The notes under the pieces were generated by a model. That model was not told the origin of the DNA. It was given only the letters and a program-made list of their open reading frames with translations, and did no database searches. From contig PKEX01000008.1 of the NCBI GenBank assembly GCA_002919235.1, forward strand, positions 138,530 to 202,529: a DNA stretch of 64,000 bases, in the 5' to 3' direction. Below are positions 20,559 to 29,671 of the stretch, piece by piece. Numbering within the stretch: position 1 is the stretch's first letter; each line of letters opens with the position of its first letter. The position numbers and the translations under genes were made by a program. Source of the DNA: Clostridia bacterium (lineage in GTDB: Bacteria; Bacillota; Limnochordia; DTU080; RSA5).

Positions 20559-21098
20559 TCACACGGCCTTGACCGGCGGGATGCCGAAGCGGTCGGAGAT
20601 GGCCGCCGGGTCTTCGCCCTTCTTGATGAGCTCGATGATCTCATCGGCTCGCTCGGGCGTCACGTTGCCGCAGTACTCCAAGTTGACTTGGAGCGCCGGG
20701 GCCCCGTCGCACGCCGCGATGCACTCGCCGGTGACCAGCAGCGTGATCAAGCCGTCCGGGGTGGTCTCGCCCACCTTGATGCCCAGCCGGCGCTCCAGGT
20801 GGTCCACCAGCTCCTGGGCGCCGGACAGGCCGCACGTGATGTTGCCGCAGACCGTGATGACGTACTTGCCCATGGGCCGGCGGTAAAAGAGCGAGTAAAA
20901 GCTGCAGACGGACTCCACCACCGATTTGGTCTCGCCCAGGATCGCGGCCACCGCCTCGATGTCCTCGTCGGCGATCCAGCCCCGCTCCTCCTGCGCCAGG
21001 TGAAGCAGGGGCATGAGGGCCGAACGCTTCTTGGGATAGCGGGCGATGATCTCTTCAATCTTCTCTTTGTGCTTTTCGACCCACGCCGGAGCGCTCAT
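20559..21098 (-). CDS. nuoE: NADH-quinone oxidoreductase subunit E
   Basis: SFYSLF, VCGNITC and ECIAAC 2Fe-2S ligands. Confidence 0.94.
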   Translation of the reverse strand: MSAPAWVEKHKEKIEEIIARYPKKRSALMPLLHLAQEERGWIADEDIEAVAAILGETKSVVESVCSFYSLFYRRPMGKYVITVCGNITCGLSGAQELVDHLERRLGIKVGETTPDGLITLLVTGECIAACDGAPALQVNLEYCGNVTPERADEIIELIKKGEDPAAISDRFGIPPVKAV

Positions 21099-22333
21099 CG
21101 GTCAACCTCCCCAAAGACCGGGTCGACGGTGGCGACGACGGCCACCAGGTCGGCGACCAGCTCGCCCCGGACCATCTCCGGAATGGCAAAGACATTGTAA
21201 AACGCCGGCGGCCGCGTCCTGACCCGCCACGGCTTGTTCTTGCCGTCGGAGACGACGTAGTAGCCCAGCTCGCCCCGGGGGCTTTCCACGCTGACGTACA
21301 CCTCGCCCGCGGGCACGTCGAAGCCGTAGGTCACCAGCTTGAAGTGGTGGATCAGGGCCTCCATGTTCTCCCGCACTTCGTGCTTGGGCGGCCGGACCAG
21401 CTTGCGGTCCTGGATCTGCCAGTCGCCCTCCGGCAGGCGCTCCAGCGCCTGCACGCAGATCTTGTGGCTTTCGTGCAGCTCCCGCATGCGCACGTGGTAG
21501 CGGTCGTACACGTCGCCGTGGGTCCCCACCGGCACTTCGAAATCGAACTCGTCGTAGCCGCAGTACGGGAACGCCTTGCGCACGTCGTAGTCGATGCCGC
21601 ACGCCCTCAGGTTGGGACCGGTCAGCCCGTAGGCGATGGCCTTGTCCTTGCTGATCGCGCCGATGCGGCGGATCCGGTCCAGGAAAATCGGATTTTCGTC
21701 CAAAATGGCATGCAGCTCGGCCAGGCGCTTGGGAAACTTTTCAAGATACGCCCGGACCATGGGGACGAAGTTCTCGGGCACGTCGTTGGCGAGGCCGCCG
21801 ACCCGGATGTAGCTGGGGTTCATCCGGGCGCCGGTCACCTCTTCAAAGATGTCCAGGATGCCCTCGCGCAGGTCGAAGGCGTAGAAGAAGACGCTCATGG
21901 CCCCCATGTCCAGGCCTGTGGTCCCCAGCCACACCAGGTGGCTGGCGATCCTCTGGAGCTCCACCAGCAGCACCCGGACGTAACGGGCCCGCTCGGGCAC
22001 CTCGATGCCCAAGAGCTTTTCCACCGCGAGGACGTACGCCAGGTTGTTGGAGAGCGGCGACAGGTAGTCCATCCGGTCGATGACCGTGATGGCCTGCTGC
22101 CAGGTGAGATGCTCCGCCGTCTTTTCGATCCCCGTGTGCAAGAAGCCAATCTCGGGCACGCACCGCACGATCCGCTCGCCTTCCAGCTCCAGGATGAGCC
22201 GGAGCACGCCGTGGGTGCTGGGGTGATGCGGGCCGACGCTGATCACCATGCGGTCGCCTTCGGCCGCCTCGACGCGATAACCCCTCGGATCGGGATGCTC
22301 CAGGGGAAACTCTGCCGGATCAAACTTGGCCAT
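21095..22333 (-). CDS. nuoD: NADH-quinone oxidoreductase subunit D
   Basis: GPHHPSTHGVLRL, DRMDY, ESPRGE and the terminal GEVDR. Confidence 0.96.
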   Translation of the reverse strand: MAKFDPAEFPLEHPDPRGYRVEAAEGDRMVISVGPHHPSTHGVLRLILELEGERIVRCVPEIGFLHTGIEKTAEHLTWQQAITVIDRMDYLSPLSNNLAYVLAVEKLLGIEVPERARYVRVLLVELQRIASHLVWLGTTGLDMGAMSVFFYAFDLREGILDIFEEVTGARMNPSYIRVGGLANDVPENFVPMVRAYLEKFPKRLAELHAILDENPIFLDRIRRIGAISKDKAIAYGLTGPNLRACGIDYDVRKAFPYCGYDEFDFEVPVGTHGDVYDRYHVRMRELHESHKICVQALERLPEGDWQIQDRKLVRPPKHEVRENMEALIHHFKLVTYGFDVPAGEVYVSVESPRGELGYYVVSDGKNKPWRVRTRPPAFYNVFAIPEMVRGELVADLVAVVATVDPVFGEVDR

Positions 22334-22341
22334 CGCGCACC

Positions 22342-22866
22342 CTACCTTTCCCCCGCCAGCTTGGGAGCGTGGAACCGGTTCTTCTCCGCGGCAAACCGCG
22401 CCTCCAGCTTCTCCCGGGGGCCTCTCAGAGGATAGTCCTTGCGAAGGGGATGTCCCTCAAAATCTGACGGCAACAGAATGCGCGTCAGGTTGGGGTGACC
22501 GGTGAAGACCACGCCGAAAAGGTCGTATACCTCGCGCTCAGCCGGGTTGGCCGAGGGCCACATGCCGGCCAGGGAAGGCACCTCCGGCCGCTGGTCGTCT
22601 TCGGGGACGCAGCGGAGCCGCACGCGCGCCCGGTTCTTCATGTCGAGAAAGTGATAGACCACCTCAAAGCGGGGCGAGCGCGGGAAGTAGTCGACCCCGC
22701 CCACGTCCAGGAGCATGGTGTAACCCAGCTCCCTGAGGTACGCCGCCACGTCCACCAGCACGGAGGGGGCCACGCGAAACTGCGGGATGTCAAAAGGCGT
22801 CTGCAGGGGTTCGATGCCCCCCGCAAACCGCGAGGTGAGCGCTTCCGCCAAAGCCTCAGGCTTCAC
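22342..22866 (-). CDS. nuoC: NADH-quinone oxidoreductase subunit C
   Basis: EREVYDLFG...GHPLRKDYP. Confidence 0.95.
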   Translation of the reverse strand: MKPEALAEALTSRFAGGIEPLQTPFDIPQFRVAPSVLVDVAAYLRELGYTMLLDVGGVDYFPRSPRFEVVYHFLDMKNRARVRLRCVPEDDQRPEVPSLAGMWPSANPAEREVYDLFGVVFTGHPNLTRILLPSDFEGHPLRKDYPLRGPREKLEARFAAEKNRFHAPKLAGER

Positions 22867-23344
22867 GGGCCATCAACCCGCCTTTCGCCCGCCCTGCGGC
22901 GATGGACTCCTTCAGCTTCATAATGGCGTGGAGGACTGCGTCGGGAGTCGGCGGGCATCCCGGCACGTACACGTCCACCGGCAGCACCCGGTCGACGCCC
23001 TGCACGATCGCGTAGTTGTCGAAGATGCCGCCGCTGGAGGCACACGCCCCCATGGCGATCACCCACTTGGGCTCGGGCATCTGCTGATACACCTGTTGGA
23101 TCACGGGCACCATCTTCAGCGACAGGCGGCCCGACACGATCAAGAGGTCGGCCTGCCGGGGCGACGACCGCATCACCTCGGAGCCGAAGCGGGAGGCGTC
23201 GTAGCGCGGGCCCACGAGGTTCATCATCTCGATCGCACAGCAGGCAAGGCCAAAGGTGAGCGGCCAAATGGACGACTTCTGCGCCCACCGGACAAACTTG
23301 TCGATGGTCGTGGTGAAAAACTGGCCGTTGTTGATCATTTCCAC
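22856..23344 (-). CDS. nuoB: NADH-quinone oxidoreductase subunit B
   Basis: [26 protein letters not shown]. Confidence 0.96.
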   Translation of the reverse strand: MEMINNGQFFTTTIDKFVRWAQKSSIWPLTFGLACCAIEMMNLVGPRYDASRFGSEVMRSSPRQADLLIVSGRLSLKMVPVIQQVYQQMPEPKWVIAMGACASSGGIFDNYAIVQGVDRVLPVDVYVPGCPPTPDAVLHAIMKLKESIAAGRAKGGLMAREA

Positions 23345-23703
23345 GTCAATCCCCCCTTTTTCCACTCGTACGCGTAGCCGATCCCGAGGACCAGGACGTA
23401 CACCAGCATCGCCAGCAGGGCGTAAAAGCCGAGCCCCGCCGCCTTAAACTCCTTGAGCAGGATGGCCCACGGGTAGAACGATGCGACCTCTACGTCAAAG
23501 ACGACGAAGAGCATGGCCACGTGGTAGAAGTTGACGGGAAAACGCCCGTGCAAGGGGGGTGTAGGAAATCCGCTCTCGTAAGGCTGGTCCTTGTACGGCT
23601 CCGGCTTTTTGGGCCCGAGGTGCGCAGCCGCCAGCGAGAAGAGCACCGGCACGGCCAGCGCGACCAACAGGTAGATCAGGAGTGGCGCGTACACGTGGCC
23701 CAC
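23335..23703 (-). CDS. nuoA: NADH-quinone oxidoreductase subunit A
   Basis: [23 protein letters not shown] at 23703 after AGGAGG. Confidence 0.95.
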   Translation of the reverse strand: MGHVYAPLLIYLLVALAVPVLFSLAAAHLGPKKPEPYKDQPYESGFPTPPLHGRFPVNFYHVAMLFVVFDVEVASFYPWAILLKEFKAAGLGFYALLAMLVYVLVLGIGYAYEWKKGGLTWK

Positions 23704-23745
23704 AGGGTGATTCCTCCTGCTAAATGCCCTCAAAATTTTGGACTC

Positions 23746-23790
23746 ATGATATCATACGCCCTGGGTTTTGTAAAGTGAACGCGAGCACAA
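23746..23790 (-). promoter_or_regulatory. nuo operon promoter with a Rex-like operator abutting the -35
   Basis: On the minus strand TTTACA (23774-23769), 17 bp, TG-n-TATCAT (23751-23746). TTGTGCTCGCGTTCACTT (23790-23773) resembles the Rex site TTGTGAA-N4-TTCACAA. Confidence 0.65.
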
Positions 23791-23808
23791 AGTCCCTCGT
23801 TTCACCAG

Positions 23809-24015
23809 CTAGAAGCGGTTTTCGCCCGGCTCGCCCGGCTCCCGCAGCACCTTCCACTCGATCAACCGCTCGCGGAACATCTCGAGATCCCCGTACTTCG
23901 CCTGCAGCACCTCCACTTCCCGCCGGGCCAGCCAAAACTTTCGCAAGAGGGTCCAGGTCAACCAGGGAAAAAGCGTCACTGCCGCGAGCAGTGCCAGTCC
24001 CATCAGCGTCCTCAC
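23809..24015 (-). CDS. Small membrane protein, 68 aa
   Basis: AAGGAGG RBS, N-terminal hydrophobic helix, charged tail; 20 bp downstream of the M20 peptidase gene. Confidence 0.65.
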   Translation of the reverse strand: MRTLMGLALLAAVTLFPWLTWTLLRKFWLARREVEVLQAKYGDLEMFRERLIEWKVLREPGEPGENRF

Positions 24016-24035
24016 CGGCGCCCCAAGCCCTCCTT

Positions 24036-25184
24036 TTACGCCCCGGGAGCCGAGGCCAGCGCCACCACCATCCGGGCGAGGAGAACCAGCTGGTCGACGG
24101 GCATGCTCTCCTCCCGCGTGTGGATGGCCTCGTAGCCGACACCCAGCACCGCGGTGGGGATTCCCTTGGCGTTGAAAATGTTGGCGTCGCTCCCGCCGCC
24201 GGTGGACTTAAGGCGCGGCGCAAGGCCCAAGGACTCCGCCGCCCGGACGGCCCGCCTGACCGGCTCGGCGTCCGGGTCCAGGCGGAAACCTTCGTACTCT
24301 AACTGTACGTTCCAGCGGGCGCTGCCCCCCGCCGAACGGGCCGCCTCGTCGATGGCCTGGATCATGTGGGCTACCTGACGTTCCACCCGCTCTCTCTCCA
24401 GGCTCCGGGCCTCCGCCCGGATGGTCGCCCGCTCCGGCACGATGTTGGTGGCCCCGCCCCCCGCGATGTAGCCGACGTTGGCGGTGGTGTCGGCGTCGAT
24501 CCTCCCCAAGCGCATCCGGCTCACTGCCAGCGCCGCCATCTTGATGGCGCTGATGCCCCGCTCGGGCGCCATGCCGGCGTGGGCGGCGCGGCCGAAGAAC
24601 TCCGCTTCGATGGTGTACTGGGTCGGCGCCGCGGTGATGATGGTCCCCACCGGCCCGTCGGCGTCCAGGACAAACCCCGTCTTGCTCCTGAGCCGGGAGA
24701 GGTCCGCGTGGGCCGCCCCGACCAGGCCGATCTCCTCCCCGATGGTGAGCACCAGTTCGATGGGGGCCGCGGGAGCGCCGCTTTCCGCCAGCGCCCGGCA
24801 GGCTTCGACGATCGCGGCCAGGCCCGCCGCGTCGTCTGCGCCCAAGATGGTCGAGCCGTCGCTCCGGACGCGGCCGTCCACCACCCGGGGCCGGACACCG
24901 GTGCCGCCTTCCACCCGGTCCAGGTGAGCCGAAAACATGACGGGCGGCCACCCCTCACCCCCGCCCTGCCCCGGCTTGGTGGCGATGAGGTTTCCCACCT
25001 CGCCGCCGAGGCGTCGTCCCGCGTCGTCCTCGTGGACCTCAAAGCCCAGTTCGATCAGGGCCCTTTTCACGATGTGAAAGACGGGGCCTTCCTTGAGCGG
25101 GGCGCTGTCCGCCCGGCAGATCTCCATCATCAAATCGACCACGCGTTCCTCGCGGACCCGGGAAAGCGCGTCCGTCAGCGACAC
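24036..25184 (-). CDS. M20 family peptidase T-like metallopeptidase
   Basis: SAHLD, LGADD, GEEIG, HAG, GGSDAN, IHT. Confidence 0.9.
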   Translation of the reverse strand: MSLTDALSRVREERVVDLMMEICRADSAPLKEGPVFHIVKRALIELGFEVHEDDAGRRLGGEVGNLIATKPGQGGGEGWPPVMFSAHLDRVEGGTGVRPRVVDGRVRSDGSTILGADDAAGLAAIVEACRALAESGAPAAPIELVLTIGEEIGLVGAAHADLSRLRSKTGFVLDADGPVGTIITAAPTQYTIEAEFFGRAAHAGMAPERGISAIKMAALAVSRMRLGRIDADTTANVGYIAGGGATNIVPERATIRAEARSLERERVERQVAHMIQAIDEAARSAGGSARWNVQLEYEGFRLDPDAEPVRRAVRAAESLGLAPRLKSTGGGSDANIFNAKGIPTAVLGVGYEAIHTREESMPVDQLVLLARMVVALASAPGA

Positions 25185-25281
25185 ACCGGCTCACCTCTGC
25201 CTGCGCCGCGCAAAGCGCGCCGCGCGCGTCCATCCTCTTTTTCGCGGGGCGCCGGAACTCCTGTCGCGACTTGCCGGGAAC

Positions 25282-25317
25282 AAAAAAACCGCCCCCTTCC
25301 GGTCGGAGAAGGGGGCG
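25282..25317 (-). terminator. Intrinsic terminator
   Basis: CGCCCCCTTC / GAAGGGGGCG stem followed by a T7 run on the minus strand. Confidence 0.8.
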
Positions 25318-25392
25318 ATCGCTGTGAGGGATGGGCCGGCGGAAAGTCCGGGGGTCGGGGGGGTGGTATTCTCCGCCGTGCTCCGTCCGGTT
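25282..25392 (-). ncRNA. Candidate C-rich small RNA or cis-regulatory leader, about 110 nt
   Basis: Lies between a -10 element (TACTAT, 25404-25399) and a strong terminator. Contains the stem CGGCGGAG.../...TTCCGCCG enclosing CCACCCCCCCGACCCCC, plus CCCATCCCTC. Confidence 0.45.
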
Positions 25393-25426
25393 GTCTTCAT
25401 AGTACGGCGCCCGTTTCCCCGCAAAC

Positions 25427-25442
25427 CGTGATGCACGTCACA
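25427..25442. promoter_or_regulatory. CRP/FNR-family binding site
   Basis: CGTGA-TGCACG-TCACA (minus strand TGTGA-N6-TCACG), 9 of 10 conserved positions matching TGTGA-N6-TCACA, centred about 42 bp upstream of the inferred minus-strand start. Confidence 0.55.
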
Positions 25443-25458
25443 AAAACAGGAAAAGGCA

Positions 25459-25641
25459 TCAATTTAGGTCCGGCGGGCCCAATTCGGCGCTTCGCACCGG
25501 CAGCACCCGGGCGGTGCTCCGGTCCAGCGCCAACAGCGGCGCATCCGTCAAGTCTTCGCCGCACTGCGGGCAGATCCAGCGCCCTTTGGCGCTCAAACTG
25601 TAGCTTATGTTTTCGCAGCGGCTGCATTTCTTGCGGACCAT
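25459..25641 (-). CDS. Small CxxC...CxxC zinc-ribbon protein, 60 aa
   Basis: AGGAGG RBS; MVRKKCSRC...SYS...WICPQCG. Confidence 0.75.
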   Translation of the reverse strand: MVRKKCSRCENISYSLSAKGRWICPQCGEDLTDAPLLALDRSTARVLPVRSAELGPPDLN

Positions 25642-25841
25642 GGCGTGACCTCCTGGCCCGGCGAACACCCCGCCGGACGGTGGTTTATCAACACTCTACG
25701 CCGGAGAGGCTGTCCGGCGTGCAGGCCGCACCGGGAAAAGGCAGGCAAGGAAAGGAAACGCCGGGCGTCGAACCATGTGCGAGCACTCCAGCCGCCGGGA
25801 GCTGGAACCGATCACAGCGGAGACGACGGAGGAGGCACGCG

Positions 25842-26456
25842 GTGGTCCGTCTGGCTTCAATCATTCTTATCCTTATCCTATGCGTCAGCCTGGGCGGCCC
25901 GATCCTGGCGGCCCAGCCCATGGAGTACCGGCTGGGCGACCGGACGCTGAGCTACGGCGCGTGGGGTGCGGACGTCTTCGAGCTTCAGCTGCGCCTGAGG
26001 GAGCTGGGCTACTCCCTGGCGGCGGACGGGCACTTCGGCTCCGAAACCCGCCGCGTGGTCACGGCGTTCCAGCTCGCGTACGGCCTGAGGCCTGACGGCA
26101 TCGCCGGACCCGCCACCCTCGCGGCCCTGCAGTCGCTGCGGAGCACCTTCACCTACGTGGTCCAGCCCGGGGATTCCCTCTGGGCCATCGCCCGGCGCTT
26201 CGGCGTCTCCATGGAGGAGATCGTCAGGCTGAACAACCTGCCCGACCGGCCGCTCTGGGTGGGAGACCGCCTGATCCTGCCGGCCCGGCCGGTGTACCGG
26301 GTGCAGCCCGGCGACACGCTGTGGGAGATCGCACGGCGGTTCGGCACCACGGTCGAGGAGCTAGCAGAGCTCAACGGCATCGCCGATCCTTCCCGGATCC
26401 GCGCCGGGTCAGAGCTGCGGCTGCCCGCCGGAGCGCTCCCGGCCGGCGGCTTTTGA
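25842..26456 (+). CDS. Secreted PG-binding plus 2x LysM protein
   Basis: GGAGGAGG RBS and GTG; signal peptide; GADVFELQ...DGHFG...FQ...DGIAGPAT; two YxVQPGDxLW LysM repeats. Confidence 0.88.
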   Translation: MVRLASIILILILCVSLGGPILAAQPMEYRLGDRTLSYGAWGADVFELQLRLRELGYSLAADGHFGSETRRVVTAFQLAYGLRPDGIAGPATLAALQSLRSTFTYVVQPGDSLWAIARRFGVSMEEIVRLNNLPDRPLWVGDRLILPARPVYRVQPGDTLWEIARRFGTTVEELAELNGIADPSRIRAGSELRLPAGALPAGGF

Positions 26457-27089
26457 TCCATCGCCGGCGGCGGGAAGGTAGCGCTCGCCCGCACGGGCGA
26501 CGGCGGCAGCGCCCGCGGTCGCGTCCGCCAGCCGCTCCTCCAGCGCTTCGGCCGCTTCCCGCGGGACGGCCACCACCAGCTCCACCGTATCGGTAAAGCG
26601 CGCCGACACCACCCGCGCGCCCAGCTCCTCGAGGAGCCGCTCCACCCTGCCGTGGCGGGCGTAGTCCACCCGCACGGAAAGGCACGCGTGGAGGCGGTAC
26701 TCGGCGATCCCGGCCCGGGCCAGCCCCTCCGCCGCCGCGGCGGCGTACGCTCTCACCAGACCCGCGGCGCCCAGAAGGGTCCCCCCGAAGTAGCGCACCA
26801 CGGCGATGCAGGTGTTGTCGACTCCCTGCCGCTCCAGGACGTCCAGGATGGGCCGGCCCGCCGTGCCCTGGGGCTCCCCGTCGTCGCTCATCCGGACGAC
26901 GGCAGCAGGCCAGCCGGCGCGGTAGGCGTAACAGACGTGGGTGGCGCCGGGGTGCTGCTCCCGGATCCGGGCCAGCATCGCCTCGGCCTGCTCCGGAGTG
27001 TCCACCGGCTCCACGTAGGCGATGAAGCGGGACCGCTTGCGTATCTCTTCATACACGGCGGGTCCAGCGGCGCTGCGGTACGTGTCCAG
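26409..27089 (-). CDS. YigZ/IMPACT family protein (probable CTG start)
   Basis: RSRF, ATHVCYAY, SDDGEPQGTAGRP, VVRYFGGTLLG. AAGGAGGAGG RBS precedes CTG at 27089. Confidence 0.88.
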   Translation of the reverse strand: MDTYRSAAGPAVYEEIRKRSRFIAYVEPVDTPEQAEAMLARIREQHPGATHVCYAYRAGWPAAVVRMSDDGEPQGTAGRPILDVLERQGVDNTCIAVVRYFGGTLLGAAGLVRAYAAAAAEGLARAGIAEYRLHACLSVRVDYARHGRVERLLEELGARVVSARFTDTVELVVAVPREAAEALEERLADATAGAAAVARAGERYLPAAGDGSKAAGRERSGGQPQL

Positions 27090-27173
27090 AACGCTCCTCC
27101 TCCTTACATGCCGGATGGATCGCACGGGAGCGCCGGGACGGCGGGGTCCCGGCGGAGAAAGGCGGATCGGATC

Positions 27174-28346
27174 ATGACCCTGGAGCAACTGGTCTACTTT
27201 CACGACGCGGGCTTCGACCTTTACGACTTCGGCGAAGGCCACCCCTTCAGCCCACTTCGACAGAGGCTCACCTTCGACCTACTGCGGGAAGCCGGCCTCC
27301 TGCCCGAAGCCGTGGTCCGCGCCGCGCCGCCCGCCGCCGAAGAGGAGCTCCTCCTCTTCCACACTCCCGAGTACGTCGACGCCGTGCGCCGCGCCGACAG
27401 GCTGGCCGCCCCGGAGCGCTGGGGGCTTGGTCCCCCGGACAACCCCGTCTTTCCCCACATGCACCGGGCGGCTTCGCTGCGCGTCGGCGCGACCGTCGCG
27501 GCGGTGCGGGAGGTGATGTCCGGGCGCAAGCTCCAGGCCGTCAACTTCGGGGGCGGGCTCCACCATGCCCATCCCGCCCGGGCCTCGGGGTTCTGCATCT
27601 ACAACGACATCGCGGTCGCTATCCGGTGGCTTCGCCGCGAGTACGGCTGCAAGGTGGCCTACGTCGACCTGGATGTCCACCACGGGGACGGCGTTCAGTG
27701 GGCCTTTTACGACGATCCGGCGGTGCTCACCATCTCCATCCACGAAAGCGGCCGCTCCCTCTTCCCGGGCACGGGGGACGTGGACGAGGTGGGAGAGGGG
27801 GATGCCCGGGGAACCTCCGTCAACGTGCCGCTCTTGCCCTACACTTCAGGTTCCAGTTGGTTCGAGTGCTTTGAGATCGTGGTGCCGGAGCTCCTTCGCG
27901 CCTTCAAGCCCGACATCCTCATTACCCAGCACGGCTGCGACCCGCACCGCCTCGATCCCCTGGCCCATCTCGCCGTCTCCACCTCGTATATGGCAGCAGC
28001 CGCCCGCGCGCTGCGGGAGCTCGCCGGCGAGGTGTGCGGGGGACGCTGGGTGGCGCTGGGCGGGGGCGGCTACTCCATCTGGGACGCGGTGCCCCGGACG
28101 TGGGCTGCCGTCTGGGCCGAGATCAGCGAACAGCGGCTTCCCGAGACGCTTCCCCCGAGCTGGCGGGCCCGCTGGCAGCCCGCGGCCCCGGTGGAGCTTC
28201 CCGTTCACTGGGACGATCTCGTCGACGAGCCGCCTCCCAAGGACGGCGCCGACGGGGAGGACCACTGGAGGAGCCAGCGGAACCGCCGCACTGCGCAAGA
28301 GGCGGTGGAGACGGCCCTGCGCTTTCTCGCCCTGCGCCGGCCGTAA
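27174..28346 (+). CDS. acuC: AcuC-like histone-deacetylase-family protein deacetylase
   Basis: HPFSPLR, GGLHHA, GFCIYND, DLDVHHGDG, SIHE, GGGGY. Confidence 0.88.
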   Translation: MTLEQLVYFHDAGFDLYDFGEGHPFSPLRQRLTFDLLREAGLLPEAVVRAAPPAAEEELLLFHTPEYVDAVRRADRLAAPERWGLGPPDNPVFPHMHRAASLRVGATVAAVREVMSGRKLQAVNFGGGLHHAHPARASGFCIYNDIAVAIRWLRREYGCKVAYVDLDVHHGDGVQWAFYDDPAVLTISIHESGRSLFPGTGDVDEVGEGDARGTSVNVPLLPYTSGSSWFECFEIVVPELLRAFKPDILITQHGCDPHRLDPLAHLAVSTSYMAAAARALRELAGEVCGGRWVALGGGGYSIWDAVPRTWAAVWAEISEQRLPETLPPSWRARWQPAAPVELPVHWDDLVDEPPPKDGADGEDHWRSQRNRRTAQEAVETALRFLALRRP

Positions 28347-28391
28347 GCGGTTCCCTCTTCGCGGGGCTCTCAAGGCCCTGGTGCATCGTCC

Positions 28392-29507
28392 TTAGAGAAC
28401 CAGGATGTCCGGGCGCTGGACCACCGCGCCCTCTACCTCCACCGCCCGCACCGGCCAGCGGCCCTCTCCGGCGGTCAGCACCGAGAAGGATTCGCCCGTC
28501 ACCGCCACGGTGTCTTCCGGCCGCGCCCCTCCTACCTGCGGGCTCCAGGCAAAAGCCTGGCACGCCGCCACCACGCTCGATTCGTAAGGCGCCGCGTGCC
28601 ACTCGTACAGAGCGTAGCCGGTGGCGCCGCCCTGGTGGTGCAGCTCCCATTCGTCCTGATACCCGGCTTCGGCGTAGAAACGGGCAATGTCGTCAAAGAG
28701 CTGGGCACCGGTTCTTCCGGGGCGGGTGGCCGCCATCAGCGCCGCGCTGATCTGCACCGCCGCGGTGTACCGCTGGGCGAGGCTGCTGGAGAGCCGGCCG
28801 AAGTGGACCGTGCGGGCCAGGCTCGCGATCAGCCCACCTCTTCGGGCACTGGCCCCGATGAGCGCCCACTGCTCGATGGGGCAGTCCGTGGGAACAGGAT
28901 GGCGGTACCGCTCCACCCGCCCGTCGGCTCCCACCAGGAGGGCCACGGGCTCAAGGCCCCGCTCCGCCAAAGCGGCGGCCAGCCGCGCGGCCACTTGCCG
29001 CTCGGTCTCCTTCCTCCCCACCGCCTGCGCCGCCGCCTCGACGGCCTCCGCCGCCAGCCGCCCCGTCTCCTGGTACCGGGCCACTTCCTCCGGGAACAGG
29101 GGCGCCCTCAGTGCCCCCAGGCTTTCCCCCCGCTCCCGAAAGCCCGCCAGCGGCGCATCCGCAGCGGCGGCCCGGCCGCCGGCGAACTTCTGGATCTCCG
29201 CCTGGCTCTCCCTGTACCAGGGCCAGCAAAAGAGCTCCACATCCAGGGCGTCCAGCTCTTCTTCATCGATCCTGGCCGCATCCACGCTGGCCGCCAGCAC
29301 CACCGCCCGTTCGTGGTCGACCCAGAGGCTCGCCGCCCCCTGCCCGTTCCCGCCGGCGCGGCTCGTTCCCCCGGCCGTCGCCCACGCGAAGTTCTCCGGC
29401 CGGGTGAGCAAGACGCCGTCGACCCGCTCTTCGGCCAGCCACTTTCTCAGCCGGTCGAGTTTTTTCGCGAACTCGCTGCGCCGCGCTTTCCTTTCCGCTT
29501 CCCCCAC
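28392..29507 (-). CDS. M24 (pita-bread) family peptidase-like protein with a creatinase-type N domain
   Basis: N-terminal LLTRPENFAWATAG; HHQGG; EDT. GTG start after GAAAGGAG. Confidence 0.8.
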   Translation of the reverse strand: MGEAERKARRSEFAKKLDRLRKWLAEERVDGVLLTRPENFAWATAGGTSRAGGNGQGAASLWVDHERAVVLAASVDAARIDEEELDALDVELFCWPWYRESQAEIQKFAGGRAAAADAPLAGFRERGESLGALRAPLFPEEVARYQETGRLAAEAVEAAAQAVGRKETERQVAARLAAALAERGLEPVALLVGADGRVERYRHPVPTDCPIEQWALIGASARRGGLIASLARTVHFGRLSSSLAQRYTAAVQISAALMAATRPGRTGAQLFDDIARFYAEAGYQDEWELHHQGGATGYALYEWHAAPYESSVVAACQAFAWSPQVGGARPEDTVAVTGESFSVLTAGEGRWPVRAVEVEGAVVQRPDILVL

Positions 29508-29671
29508 GTCGCGCCGCTGGCTCCTTTCTTTCCGAGAGATTTGCCGGCCGCTCGCCTTCGGGCCGGGAAAGCCTTCTGCGGCAGGGTATGAGCCGGGGGG
29601 CGCAGGTGTTTTACTTCCCACGGGAAGCTGTGCTATCCTTAGACAAGCAGTGAAAGGAGCTTGGAGCAGCC

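Noticed and set aside
25191-25436. 81-aa minus-strand ORF over the sRNA candidate
   Set aside because: No RBS, low-complexity product, and it runs through a strong terminator.
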